The notes: generated by a model from the letters alone, not told the origin. A stretch of 63,889 nucleotides of DNA from Limoniibacter sp. (GCA_031374255.1 JANMFT010000102.1:1-63889), one strand, 5' to 3'. Positions 29,324 through 39,297 are shown, counted from the first letter of the stretch. A program made the numbers and translations.

Positions 29324-29977
29324 TCATCGCCGTCTCCGCTGACGCAAGAGCGAGCGATATCCGGCGTCGACTAGCGCCCGCCCGTCCCTGACCAACGCGA
29401 TCGTGCTGTCGCGCAGGCGTTGTTCAAGTGACGGACTTTCCACTGTGCCCGGACAAACCGCATTGGCGCGGATGCCGCGCGTTATGAAATCGGCGGCAAT
29501 GGATTTTGTCAGCCCGATCACCCCGGCCTTGGTTGCACCATAAACAAAGCGGTTGGGCGCGGCGATCACCGATGACGCAACCGAGGCCATATTGATGATC
29601 GACCCGGAGCCCTGAACCAGCATCCCCGGCAAAAACGCGCGGCACATCCGGTACATAGCCGTCATATTCAGATCGAGACAGAACGCCCATTGATTTTCGT
29701 CGCAGTCCAAAATGCTGCCAGAGGCCACGAACCCGGCGCAGTTGAACAGCACATCAACGGGGCCCGCTGCCTCAACCGCCGCCGCAATAGAGGCCGGGTC
29801 GCGCACATCCAGCACAAGGGTTTTCAAACCAAGTGCGGCCAGTTCGGCCAAAGGTGCCGCGTTGACGTCGGTGGCAATCACCGCTGCCCCCTCGCGCGCC
29901 ATCGCAATGGCCGATGCCCGCCCGATGCCTTGTCCCGCCGCCGTGATCAGCGCCGTTTTTCCGCTCAGTCTTCCCAT
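29324..29977 (-). CDS. SDR-family oxidoreductase with aberrant, short C-terminus (possible frameshifted pseudogene)
   Basis: TAAGQGIG cofactor motif and YGATK catalytic motif, but only 217 aa. After ...SPSLEQRLRD the frame gives an Arg-rich tail. The +1 frame encodes ...LALASAETAMTG, resembling the usual SDR C-terminal LASDE..TG segment. Confidence 0.7.
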   Translation of the reverse strand: MGRLSGKTALITAAGQGIGRASAIAMAREGAAVIATDVNAAPLAELAALGLKTLVLDVRDPASIAAAVEAAGPVDVLFNCAGFVASGSILDCDENQWAFCLDLNMTAMYRMCRAFLPGMLVQGSGSIINMASVASSVIAAPNRFVYGATKAGVIGLTKSIAADFITRGIRANAVCPGTVESPSLEQRLRDSTIALVRDGRALVDAGYRSLLRQRRRR

Positions 29978-30069
29978 GCTATTTCCATTTCTTAGAGGTT
30001 TTCAGGTGCGGAGAGGCCAGCAGATAGATTGGCCCGGCTTTCGCGATCCTTTTTTCAGCGCTAACTGCG

Positions 30070-31179
30070 TCACGTTACAGTGAATTTTGAGCCGGAAACC
30101 GCGGCCTTGTTGATGGCGCCAAAATCCCAGGCTATGCCAAGGCCGGGGGCGCCTGACGGGATGGCATGGCCATTGTCGATCTGCATCGGCTCGGTGGTCA
30201 GGCTGTCAATCTGGGGAATATACTCAACCCAGCGCGCATTGGGCACGGCGGCACAAAGGGAGACATGCAACTCCATCAGAAAATGCGGGCAAACAGGAAC
30301 GTTGAAGGTTTCGGCCATATGCGCGACCTTAAGCCATGGCGTGATGCCGCCAATCCGGGCAACATCGACTTGCACGACGGAACAGGCGCCGCGCTGCAGA
30401 TATTCGCGGAACTGCTGGGCCGAATACAGGCTTTCGCCGACCGCCACCGGCAGGGTCGTGCTCTCAGATAAGCGCTGATGGCCGGATAAATCGTCAGCGG
30501 GCAGGGGTTCTTCCAGCCATGCGATATCCAGCGGCGTCAAACAGCGGGCCCGCCTTATCGCTTCATCCACTGTAAAGCGTTGGTTGGCATCAGTCATAAT
30601 CTCGTAACCGGCGCCGACAGCATCGCGCACTGCGGAAAGACGCGCCACGTCTTCGGAGACATGCGGGCGGCCGATTTTGATCTTCGATCCGCCAAAACCC
30701 AATGCTTTGGCGCGGAGGGCATCTTCGACCAGTTCGGCGGTGTCAATGTGCAGCCAGCCGCCTTCGGTGGTGTAAAGCGGGATGCGCTGCTGCGCGCCGC
30801 CTGCCATCCGGTGCAGCGGTTCGTTTGCGCGAAGGCATTTCAAATCCCATAGGGCCGTGTCAATCGCTGCCAGCGCCAGCGAGGTGATGGCTCCCACCGA
30901 TGTCGCATGGGTCATGAACATGAGATCGCGCCATATTTGCTCAATCTGAGAGGCTTCGCGCCCGATCAGGGCCGGGGCAAGCGTGTGTTGCAACAGTGAC
31001 ATTATCGCCGGGCCACCAGTGCCAATCGTATAGCTGTAGCCTGTGCCCACCACGCCATCGGCATCGGTGATGCGCAGGATCGGAGTTTCCTGACAGACAA
31101 ACGACTGGATGGCATCGGTGCGCTTCACCGCTGGCATAAGATTGACCATCAAGGCCTCGACTCGGGTGATCTTTGCCAT
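30070..31179 (-). CDS. enolase-superfamily acid-sugar dehydratase (mandelate racemase subgroup)
   Basis: KxK motif SKIKIG. Metal ligands in MTDANQ, WLEEP and AVGES. His in VCPHF. 369 aa. Confidence 0.85.
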   Translation of the reverse strand: MAKITRVEALMVNLMPAVKRTDAIQSFVCQETPILRITDADGVVGTGYSYTIGTGGPAIMSLLQHTLAPALIGREASQIEQIWRDLMFMTHATSVGAITSLALAAIDTALWDLKCLRANEPLHRMAGGAQQRIPLYTTEGGWLHIDTAELVEDALRAKALGFGGSKIKIGRPHVSEDVARLSAVRDAVGAGYEIMTDANQRFTVDEAIRRARCLTPLDIAWLEEPLPADDLSGHQRLSESTTLPVAVGESLYSAQQFREYLQRGACSVVQVDVARIGGITPWLKVAHMAETFNVPVCPHFLMELHVSLCAAVPNARWVEYIPQIDSLTTEPMQIDNGHAIPSGAPGLGIAWDFGAINKAAVSGSKFTVT

Positions 31180-31188
31180 ATTGCCTCC

Positions 31189-32700
31189 TCAGGCCGCAGC
31201 TTTGCCGTGAATGAAGCCCATGATCGCTTTGGATACGGCGTCATAATTGCGGTCGTTTTCAACGCAGCCCTTGATGCGGTAGCCGTCCATCACCAAAATC
31301 CGGTCCGCTACGTCAACCATTTCAGGCATGTCAGAGGTGATCAGCAGCACTGCCGTGCCTTGTTCTGCCAATTCATGGACGAGATCATGTAGATAGGCCT
31401 TGGTTTTGATATCAATGCCGACCGATGGCTCGTCAATGATCAACAGTTTCACCCCTGCTGCGATCCATTTTGCGACCGAGACCTTTTGTTGATTGCCGCC
31501 CGACAGATTACCGATGGTTTGGTAAACTGAGGGGGTCTTCAATTCCAGCCGCTGCAAAACCGGCCCGACTTTGGCGTTGATTGTGCTATCGGTTAAAAAA
31601 CCCATGCGGCTGGCAAGCTTGCGCCAGAGGGTGATGCCACTGTTTGCGAGCACCGAGTGCTGCAAAATCAAGCCCTCTTGCTTGCGGTCTTCGGAGACAT
31701 AACCAATACTATGCTGGTGCAAGGCCTCGGCAACCGAGGTAATGTCGACTGGCTTGCCCGCAACCCTCACCTCGCCACTGAGTTGCTTTGATAGGCCAAG
31801 AATGGCCCGGGCGAGTTCGCTGCGGCCGGCACCGACAAGGCCGTAAAGGCCAACGATTTCGCCAGCTCGCACTGACAGGTTGATGTCGCGGTGGCCTGCC
31901 CCCGAGGCGTAGCCGGTCAATTCCAGATAGGGGGGCACGTCCGGCTGCAGGCGCGGCGCGCGTTTGGTAATCCGTTCCGCGCGGCCGATCATCATCTGCA
32001 CCACATCCCCGCGATTGAGTTTGGTCAAATCGGCAGAGTCGCAGGCATTGACGCCGTCGCGCAGCACCGTCACGCGGTCGCAGATATCAAACACCTCTTC
32101 CAGCTTATGGCTGACAAAGCCAATTGCCACGCCGTCATCGCGCAACCGGCGCAGGATACGGAACAGCACCGTGGATTCATTTGGGGTCAACGAGGCCGTC
32201 GGCTCATCCAATAGCAAGACGCGTGATTGCAGCGATAACGCCTTGCCGATTTCAACCAATTGCATTTGCGCCACCGACAACCGCGACACGATCGTGCGGG
32301 GGTCAACCTCCAGATCAAGCAATTTAAGCCAGGTTTCAGCCTCGCGGTGGATCGCGGTGTAATCGACGGTGGACAAGGCCTTGGCACCCAACCGGTCGAG
32401 CATGATGTTTTCGCCGACCGAAAACCGTGTCACCAGATTGCGTTCCTGATGCACAACGCCAAGTCCGCCTGCCGCAGCCTGCCGCAAATTGGCAAAGCGC
32501 ACAGGCCTGCCATTCATTGAGACGCTGCCAGTATCGGGTGGGTATATTCCGGTAATAATTTTGATCAGAGTTGATTTGCCCGCACCGTTTTCGCCCAGAA
32601 GCGCGTGCACTGACCCTGCCCCGATCGTCATCGACACATTGTTCAGCGCTTTTACACCGGGAAACGACTTGCTCACATTTGCAACTTGCAAGGCAGTCAT
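31189..32700 (-). CDS. sugar ABC transporter ATP-binding protein (duplicated NBD, RbsA/MglA type)
   Basis: GENGAGKST and GLVGAGRSEL Walker A motifs; LSGGNQQKVSVAKW signature. The start MTALQVANV at 32700 makes an ATGA overlap with the upstream permease stop. Confidence 0.92.
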   Translation of the reverse strand: MTALQVANVSKSFPGVKALNNVSMTIGAGSVHALLGENGAGKSTLIKIITGIYPPDTGSVSMNGRPVRFANLRQAAAGGLGVVHQERNLVTRFSVGENIMLDRLGAKALSTVDYTAIHREAETWLKLLDLEVDPRTIVSRLSVAQMQLVEIGKALSLQSRVLLLDEPTASLTPNESTVLFRILRRLRDDGVAIGFVSHKLEEVFDICDRVTVLRDGVNACDSADLTKLNRGDVVQMMIGRAERITKRAPRLQPDVPPYLELTGYASGAGHRDINLSVRAGEIVGLYGLVGAGRSELARAILGLSKQLSGEVRVAGKPVDITSVAEALHQHSIGYVSEDRKQEGLILQHSVLANSGITLWRKLASRMGFLTDSTINAKVGPVLQRLELKTPSVYQTIGNLSGGNQQKVSVAKWIAAGVKLLIIDEPSVGIDIKTKAYLHDLVHELAEQGTAVLLITSDMPEMVDVADRILVMDGYRIKGCVENDRNYDAVSKAIMGFIHGKAAA

Positions 32701-33695
32701 GCACCGGTTCCCCGTGCTTGAAGCGTTGCGATGCGCATCTCGCGGATGCGATTGATGGCAACCGCCCAAAGGATCAGCGCGCCCAGCACAATTTGCACCA
32801 CGAACGGATCAATGTTGAACATCACCAGCCCTTGGGTGATGATGGCGATGATGATAACGCCGAAGAAGGTGCCGCCGACCGACACCCGCCCGCCGCTCAG
32901 GACGGCCCCTCCAATGACGGGGGCCGCAAAGGATGAAATCAGCCAGTCATCGCCAATAGACGGGTGGCCGATTTGCAGCTTGGCCACCAGCATCACCCCG
33001 GCCACCGCCGCCAGAAGGCCGGACAAAGCATGCGCCCAGATGATCGTCGTTTTAGGATCGATGCCCGACATCTCGGCGGCATGGGGGTTGGAACCCATGG
33101 CTAGAATATGCCGCCCGATCAGCATCCGGTTGAACAAATACCACATGCCAACGCTGCAGATCAGCATCGGCAGCACCAGCCACGGCAGCGGCCCCAGCAT
33201 TGATCCGGTGCCAAACGATTTGACGCTTTCCGGCACGCCATAAAACGGCTGCGCCTCGGTTATGCCAAGGTTGATACCCTTGTAGATCTGCAACCCGGCC
33301 AAGGTGATGATGAAGGCCGAAATGGCGGTTCGCGCAATGATGTAACCGCCTGCCATGCCTGCCAGCACGCCGATGCCAAGTGCCATGCCCAAGGCTAACG
33401 GCACAGGCACGCCGAACCGTTCCATCAGGCCGACAAAACTGATCGCCACAAGCCCGCCAATTGAGCCCAGCGCCAGGTTCATTTGGCCGATACCGATGAT
33501 GACCAATTGCCCAAGCGCGATAACCATGTTCACCGAAATCGCCGACAGCAGCACAAAGATGTTGAACGGCGACAAGAACGCGGGCTGCAACAGGCTGATG
33601 CCGATTATTGCGGCAAGGCTCACAACGCCCGGGCCAATCCAGTCATTGTCAAAAGCACGCGTCAGGCGGCTGTCTGAATTGCCATGAACCGCCAT
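32697..33695 (-). CDS. sugar ABC transporter permease (RbsC-type)
   Basis: Polytopic membrane protein. Start taken at ATG 33695 (MAVHGNS), which overlaps the upstream stop (TGATG). The longer ORF-track version overlaps the neighbouring permease. Confidence 0.88.
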   Translation of the reverse strand: MAVHGNSDSRLTRAFDNDWIGPGVVSLAAIIGISLLQPAFLSPFNIFVLLSAISVNMVIALGQLVIIGIGQMNLALGSIGGLVAISFVGLMERFGVPVPLALGMALGIGVLAGMAGGYIIARTAISAFIITLAGLQIYKGINLGITEAQPFYGVPESVKSFGTGSMLGPLPWLVLPMLICSVGMWYLFNRMLIGRHILAMGSNPHAAEMSGIDPKTTIIWAHALSGLLAAVAGVMLVAKLQIGHPSIGDDWLISSFAAPVIGGAVLSGGRVSVGGTFFGVIIIAIITQGLVMFNIDPFVVQIVLGALILWAVAINRIREMRIATLQARGTGA

Positions 33696-34732
33696 CAGAT
33701 CATTCCTTTGGTTATAAGAAACTGCTGCCGGGCGCGGTCGGCCAGCACAGCAACCAGTAGCATTGCACCAAGGCTGGCCAAAATCCAAAATTCCCCCACC
33801 CGCATCAACAGCAGGCCCGATGTCATCACATTGACAAAACCCGCCCCCAAAAGAGTACCGATCACCGACACCCGCCCTCCGGATAAAAGTGTGCCGCCAA
33901 GCACTGGCGCAAGAAACGCCGGAAGCAACCAGTCTTGCCCAAGGTGGCCGGCCATTGACGGCACCGATGCCCCGGTGCGCGCTGTCACCAACAACCCGGC
34001 TATGGCGGCCAAAGCGCCTGTAAGAATGTGGCAAGCCATGATAACGCGCCCGGTGCGGATGCCTGAAAGCTCTGCCGCGCGCGGGTTTGCACCGGCTGCC
34101 AGCATCTGGCGGCCCAAGGTTGTCACCTTGTAAAATGCTGCCAAAAACAGGCACATCGCTATGGAAATCAGTAAAAGTGGCGAAATGGTTTTGAAGAATT
34201 TCATCTTGCCAAACGCCTGCACCTCGAGCGGCAGGCCGTTATAGGCGTTGGCCTTGGTCAAAAAAATCATGACGCCGAAAAAGATGCTCATGCTGGCAAG
34301 CGTGATGATGAAACTATGGACGCCTGATTTCACCACGGTGAAGCCATTGATAAAGCCAAGACTTGCGCCGAACAGCACTGCAAACGGTATTGCAAGCAAG
34401 ATCGGCAGCCCCAGAATTTGCACCAGCCAGCCAAAGGCCATGGCACAGCAAACCCCAATTGCGCCGACCGAAAGGTCAAGACCGCCGGTGACAATCACCG
34501 CCATCATCGCAAGCCCGATCATGGTGTCGATGCCAATCTGACGGCCAATTGTGAACAGGCTAAAGGGCGATGTGAAGCCTTCCAGCGTGACCGAAAACAC
34601 CAAAACTGTCAGCGCGATAAGAACTGCCAAACCGAACTCGTTGCTCAGTAGCAATCGCAGACCGCTAGAGGCCCGCTCATGAGAAGCCATACGTTTTTTT
34701 GCCGGGTCGACGTCGCTCAAAGCTTGGCTCAT
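33695..34732 (-). CDS. sugar ABC transporter permease (RbsC-type)
   Basis: 345 aa polytopic membrane protein, paralogous to the next permease. Confidence 0.88.
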   Translation of the reverse strand: MSQALSDVDPAKKRMASHERASSGLRLLLSNEFGLAVLIALTVLVFSVTLEGFTSPFSLFTIGRQIGIDTMIGLAMMAVIVTGGLDLSVGAIGVCCAMAFGWLVQILGLPILLAIPFAVLFGASLGFINGFTVVKSGVHSFIITLASMSIFFGVMIFLTKANAYNGLPLEVQAFGKMKFFKTISPLLLISIAMCLFLAAFYKVTTLGRQMLAAGANPRAAELSGIRTGRVIMACHILTGALAAIAGLLVTARTGASVPSMAGHLGQDWLLPAFLAPVLGGTLLSGGRVSVIGTLLGAGFVNVMTSGLLLMRVGEFWILASLGAMLLVAVLADRARQQFLITKGMI

Positions 34733-34766
34733 GGGTTACTTCGATCTGGAAAAAGCGTGCGAAAAT

Positions 34767-34798
34767 GTGGCGGCCGCTACTGAGAGAGCAGCCGCCAC
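34767..34798 (-). other. intercistronic stem-loop between the binding-protein and permease genes
   Basis: GTGGCGGC-16 nt-GCCGCCAC, a perfect 8-bp GC-rich stem, followed on the minus strand by ATTTTC. Confidence 0.45.
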
Positions 34799-34824
34799 AA
34801 TGCCAATCAGACAGGGAGCGTGTC

Positions 34825-35850
34825 TTATGGGCAAGCCAGAAAGTTGGTGTCCATGTTGGCCTTCAGGTCAGCCGAGATACCGACCATAGCGTTCACATAG
34901 GTAGGTGCGCTGGCCATATCGACAAACACCGTGCCGCTATCCACAAACTTGGCTGTCAGTGCGTTGGATTTATACGGTGCATCGGCCTTCAATGTGCATC
35001 CAGACCGTAGTTTGTCCAAAACGTAAGAGCCGATATAGCCTTGGCCATAGGGGTTCTGCAGCATGGTGCCGTCGACGAAGCCGTCGGCAATTGCCTTGAT
35101 CACCACTTCGTCATGATCGATGCCAACCATTTTGATGCGTTTGTCGCCAATCTTGCGCAGCGAATTTGACGCGACCACTGCTGGAACCCAAGCTGTCGTC
35201 ACGATGCCGTCAACTCCGGCAGCATTTGCAGCAAGGTAGGCGTTGATCTTCTCTTCGGCTGGCTGTGGCGCATCAATATCGGCGATGACCTGAACCACGC
35301 TCACGGCACCATTGGTTTCATCGGCGGCCTTTTGCACGGCGTCGATGCGCAACTGCGTATTTGGATCCACCAAGAAGCCGGTGAAGTGAGCGATCTTACC
35401 CTTGCCGCCCATGACACGGATTAGCTCTTTCGTGCCGAGATAGGCCGAATTTCCAGTGTCGGTGCCAAGGCAGAACAATGCTGGCGAAGGGTCTTTCAGG
35501 CAGCCGGCAGTTGCAATGACCTGACCACCATTATCGACCAATTCCTGCGCAACTGAGCTGGTACCAACCGCATCGCCCGGAAAAATCAGAAACGAGTTAT
35601 AGCCTTGCGTCAGCAGGCTTTCGAGCAGCTGGCTTTGCAGGTTTAGTTCCCACTTGGCCGGAACGCGGTAGTCCCCTGCGCCAAGTTTGAACTCTTTCAT
35701 GGCGTCCATGCCAGCCTGTTCCCAAGCTGCAAAATAAGGGTGCGGGCCGCCAGGAACGAGCGCAACCTTCGTGCCTGAATCAGCGAAAGCCGGGGCGCAG
35801 ACAATAGTGCTCATCAGCAGCGCAGCTGCTACTTTTGATATCAACTTCAT
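34825..35850 (-). CDS. periplasmic monosaccharide-binding protein (RbsB-like)
   Basis: Signal peptide MKLISKVAAALLMSTIVCAPAFA; about 340 aa; first gene of the ABC operon. Confidence 0.88.
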   Translation of the reverse strand: MKLISKVAAALLMSTIVCAPAFADSGTKVALVPGGPHPYFAAWEQAGMDAMKEFKLGAGDYRVPAKWELNLQSQLLESLLTQGYNSFLIFPGDAVGTSSVAQELVDNGGQVIATAGCLKDPSPALFCLGTDTGNSAYLGTKELIRVMGGKGKIAHFTGFLVDPNTQLRIDAVQKAADETNGAVSVVQVIADIDAPQPAEEKINAYLAANAAGVDGIVTTAWVPAVVASNSLRKIGDKRIKMVGIDHDEVVIKAIADGFVDGTMLQNPYGQGYIGSYVLDKLRSGCTLKADAPYKSNALTAKFVDSGTVFVDMASAPTYVNAMVGISADLKANMDTNFLACP

Positions 35851-35892
35851 AATGATTTCTCCCAAGGAAATGCCGTTATCGGCGTGGTTTTC

Positions 35893-35915
35893 AATACTAA
35901 TATATTGGTTATTTA
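35893..35915. promoter_or_regulatory. GntR-type operator candidate (site 1), upstream of the ABC operon
   Basis: AATACTAATATATTGGTTATTTA, with core ACTAATATATTGGT one mismatch from the palindrome. A TTGCTA -35-like hexamer sits adjacent on the operon strand. Confidence 0.45.
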
Positions 35916-35961
35916 TAGCAAGTGTTTTCTTTGGTCGATAAAGCAGTGTGGCAATCCAAGT

Positions 35962-36933
35962 TCAGGTGACAGACAAGGCGTTGAATGCGGTCCAATCCAA
36001 TATTTTGGCATCGCGCAAAAGTGCCGCGTTACGGACAAGACTGCTGGCTTTGGCAGACCCGATCAGCACCGACGCCACCGCCGGATGTTCCAGTACGAAT
36101 CGCATGGCAGCCTCAGGCAGAGTTGAGCCCTGCCGCTTTGCCTCTGCCTCCATTGCGTTTACACGGGCAATGATGTCTGCACTGGCAGGCCCATAGTCGT
36201 GATGCGCCCCCGGCACAGCGCCGGTTGCCAATATACCAGAGTTGAACACCCCGCCGATCACAACCGCTGTGCCAGCCGCAAGGCATTTCGGCATAATTTC
36301 GGCCGCACCAGTGCGGTCCAGCAAGGTGTAGCGACCTGCAAGCAGCAGACAATCCAACTTGACACGGTCCATCACCGCAACAATCGCCGACACTTCGTTC
36401 ATGCCCAACCCATAGCCAGAAATCGCTCCTGCGGATTTGAGCGCATCGAGCGCTTTCAGCCCGCTATCCATGAAGCTTGCAAAATGGACGTCGTAAGCCG
36501 CACCCAAACTGCGCTTTTCCAGATCATGCACAAAAAGGATGTCGATCTTGTTCAGCCCCAGCCGTGCAAGGCTGTCTTCATAAGACCGCATGATCGCGTC
36601 ATAAGAGTAGTCAAAATCCACAGTAAACGGCAGCGGATCGACAAAACCGTGGTCGGGCACCTGATCCTGTGGCACAGCGCGCAGCAGCTTGCCCACCTTG
36701 GTGGACAGCACATAGCCGGACTTGTCGCGCAGAAAATCACCGATCCTGCGCTCTGACAGGCCAAAGCCGTAAAACGGCGCGGTATCAAAATAGCGCATGC
36801 CTTCGTCCCAAGCGGCCTGCATAGCGATCATTGCAGCCTCGCGCCCGACAGGCGCATAAAGCCCGCCAATCGCAGCGCCGCCAAAGCCCAATTCCGTTAC
36901 TTGCAATCCAGTTGTTCCAAGTGCTCGCATCAT
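35962..36933 (-). CDS. aldo/keto reductase (aldose 1-dehydrogenase candidate)
   Basis: N-terminus MMRALGTTGLQVTELGFGGAAIGGLY is typical of AKRs; 323 aa from ATG 36933. Confidence 0.85.
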   Translation of the reverse strand: MMRALGTTGLQVTELGFGGAAIGGLYAPVGREAAMIAMQAAWDEGMRYFDTAPFYGFGLSERRIGDFLRDKSGYVLSTKVGKLLRAVPQDQVPDHGFVDPLPFTVDFDYSYDAIMRSYEDSLARLGLNKIDILFVHDLEKRSLGAAYDVHFASFMDSGLKALDALKSAGAISGYGLGMNEVSAIVAVMDRVKLDCLLLAGRYTLLDRTGAAEIMPKCLAAGTAVVIGGVFNSGILATGAVPGAHHDYGPASADIIARVNAMEAEAKRQGSTLPEAAMRFVLEHPAVASVLIGSAKASSLVRNAALLRDAKILDWTAFNALSVT

Positions 36934-36943
36934 GTTTTTTCTT

Positions 36944-38410
36944 TCAAGGCCTTGCAGCCAAGCGCATGTGTGCCGCGGGCAAGACGCCAAAATCGCGGAT
37001 ATCAGCCAATGCGGTTTCCAGCGCCGGGGCAAGATAATTGTTCAAGTCCAATCCAAATACCGAAGAAAGGCCGAGGTAAGCCCGCACCGTCTCTGCCACC
37101 GGCAGCCCGGCGGTCGGCAAATTCGGCCACCCCTGCAATTGCGGGTCCGACAGTGGCAATGCACGCCCGGCCTCATCCGTGCCCTGACAAGACCTGATCC
37201 ACGCGGCCAAGGCAAAGCACAGCATCGGGGTTGGACGGCCCATCGCAATGAGATCGCGCAAAGGGGCGACAATACGCTGTGGCACCTTAAGGCTGCCATC
37301 CGTTGCGATCTGCGCGGTTCTGTGATGCAGCGCCGTGTTGTCAAACCGCGTCATCAGGCGCGCGGTATATCCGGCAACGTCTGTGCCCGGTGCAATCGTC
37401 GGCGCGACCTCGGCCCAATAGGCGGCGATGAACGCCCGGATCACAGGATTTCCGTAGGCATCGGCAACCGTGGCGTGGCCAGAAACGCGACCCATCGCGG
37501 CAATCGTAGAATGCGCACCATTCAAGAGGCGCAGCTTCATCGCCTCATAGGGGCCGATCCCATTGGCAAACACAACGCCTGCGCGCTCCCATTGAGGGCG
37601 GCCGGTGGGAAAGTGATCCTCGATCACCCACTGAAAATACGGCTCGGCCATAACCGGGCAAGCGTCCCGCATACCCAAACGGGCTGCAACTATATCACGG
37701 TCGGCATCGGTTGTGGCCGGTACAATGCGGTCTACCGTGCAGGAGGGGCAAGCGACTTCATCCATAACATAGCGGCCAAAGTCAGCGTCGCGGGATACCG
37801 CAAACTGGCCAAGAACTCTATGCAGGAAATGGCCGTTATCGGGAAGATTATCGCATGATAACAGCGTGAAGGGCTTCACCCCGACCGCGCGCCGCATCGC
37901 GAGTGATTGCGCAACAAAACCCAGCACTGTCCGTGGGCTATCAGGGTGCGCCAGATCATGCTGTACCCCGGGGTCGCCGAGCTGCAGGCCTCCATCCGCA
38001 ATGTCGGCGGTGTAGCCTTTTTCGGTCACTGTCAGCGATACGATCTTAACAGCTGGGTCCGCCATCATTGCAAGCAATGCCCCGGGATCCTCTTGCGCCA
38101 CAAATGTCTGGTTGATTGCACCGATAACGCGCAGGGCCTGATCTGCATTCTCACGCAGCGCCAACGTGTAAAGACCGTCCTGAGGTGCCAGTGCATCGCG
38201 TGTGTCAGGGTTTCGCAAAGAGGCAGCGGCGATGCCCCAATTGGTTTCGCCAGCGTTGAGGCAGTCGTCGGTAAACGCAGCCTGATGCGCACGGTGAAAT
38301 GCCCCCAGACCCAGATGCACAATTCCCGTCTGCACGCCTGAGCGGTTATATAAGGGCCGCGCGATATCCGCGGGAAGGTGTCTGAGGTTGGCGTTATTAA
38401 GACGGATCAC
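36944..38410 (-). CDS. mannitol dehydrogenase family oxidoreductase (fructuronate/tagaturonate reductase-like)
   Basis: 488 aa; GIVHLGLGAFHRAHQA N-terminal motif of the long-chain mannitol dehydrogenase family. Confidence 0.85.
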   Translation of the reverse strand: MIRLNNANLRHLPADIARPLYNRSGVQTGIVHLGLGAFHRAHQAAFTDDCLNAGETNWGIAAASLRNPDTRDALAPQDGLYTLALRENADQALRVIGAINQTFVAQEDPGALLAMMADPAVKIVSLTVTEKGYTADIADGGLQLGDPGVQHDLAHPDSPRTVLGFVAQSLAMRRAVGVKPFTLLSCDNLPDNGHFLHRVLGQFAVSRDADFGRYVMDEVACPSCTVDRIVPATTDADRDIVAARLGMRDACPVMAEPYFQWVIEDHFPTGRPQWERAGVVFANGIGPYEAMKLRLLNGAHSTIAAMGRVSGHATVADAYGNPVIRAFIAAYWAEVAPTIAPGTDVAGYTARLMTRFDNTALHHRTAQIATDGSLKVPQRIVAPLRDLIAMGRPTPMLCFALAAWIRSCQGTDEAGRALPLSDPQLQGWPNLPTAGLPVAETVRAYLGLSSVFGLDLNNYLAPALETALADIRDFGVLPAAHMRLAARP

Positions 38411-39294
38411 AACCGCCCCTCATCGAGCCGGTAAGCCTCTGCCGCAGACGTCCATAATACCGCGTGCTGATCTTCTTGATCCAGCTCTGCAATAGCATTC
38501 CGCACCAGATCAACGGTTCTCCCGTAGTCAGATGCCAGCAAACTGACCGGCCAATCCGTACCCATCATACAGCGCCGTGGGCCAAAAATGCGCAACACTT
38601 CGGCGATGTACGGTGTGATTTGTTCCGGTGTCCAATTTGCCCAATCAGCCTCGGTCACCATACCAGACAACTTGCACCAGACATTCGCCTCATACCCGAA
38701 CGGTTCCATCAGCTTGGACCATTGCGAAAAGCCATTTTTGGCAATCTCTGGCTTTGCGATGTGGTCGATGACGAAACGCAGGTCCGGCAAAGCCCGAACG
38801 GTTTCCAGCGCTGCAGGCATCTCTCGCGGGCGGATCAGCAGATCGTAAACCAATCCCCGTGCCTCAACAGCCCGCAGCCCGCGCCATACATCCGGACGGC
38901 ACAGCCAGCGCGGGTCGGCTTCGTCATGCACTTGGTGGCGGATCCCGACCAGCCATTTACCGCCCGGACCAGCCAGCAAATCATCCAGCCTTTCGCCCAC
39001 ATCCGGGGCGGCAAGATCGACCCAAGCCACCACACCGGCGATGAAATCGGTCGCCTCTGCCAGCACCAGAAATGCTTTCGATTCCGCATAGCTTGACCAA
39101 GTTTGCACCAAAATGGTTTTCCGCACCCCCGCCGGAGCGAGCAGCGGGCGCATGTCATCCGGGGTAAAGACCTGGCGGATCGGCAAAACCGAACCAACCA
39201 TCCACGGATAGTCGCCCTTGTCGGGGTCCCAGAAATGGTGATGCGCATCGATAGCAGGCAGTTTTGTGGCTGGAAGTTTGGGGGCAGATGTCAT
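38407..39294 (-). CDS. amidohydrolase-superfamily sugar lactonase candidate (COG3618-like)
   Basis: IDAHHHFWDP metal-binding motif; 295 aa; ATGA overlap with the downstream gene. Confidence 0.85.
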   Translation of the reverse strand: MTSAPKLPATKLPAIDAHHHFWDPDKGDYPWMVGSVLPIRQVFTPDDMRPLLAPAGVRKTILVQTWSSYAESKAFLVLAEATDFIAGVVAWVDLAAPDVGERLDDLLAGPGGKWLVGIRHQVHDEADPRWLCRPDVWRGLRAVEARGLVYDLLIRPREMPAALETVRALPDLRFVIDHIAKPEIAKNGFSQWSKLMEPFGYEANVWCKLSGMVTEADWANWTPEQITPYIAEVLRIFGPRRCMMGTDWPVSLLASDYGRTVDLVRNAIAELDQEDQHAVLWTSAAEAYRLDEGRL

Positions 39295-39297
39295 GAC

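Noticed and set aside
33696-34154. N-terminal 153-codon extension of the permease ORF (ORF track 32697-34154)
   Set aside because: The extension overlaps the 3' end of the upstream permease in another frame and is Arg/Gly/Cys-rich. The ATG at 33695 gives a normal RbsC-type permease with a TGATG stop/start overlap.
36932-37858. 308-aa plus-strand ORF antisense to the mannitol-dehydrogenase-family gene
   Set aside because: Arg/Gly/His-rich junk composition, and it lies entirely inside a well-supported 488-aa gene.
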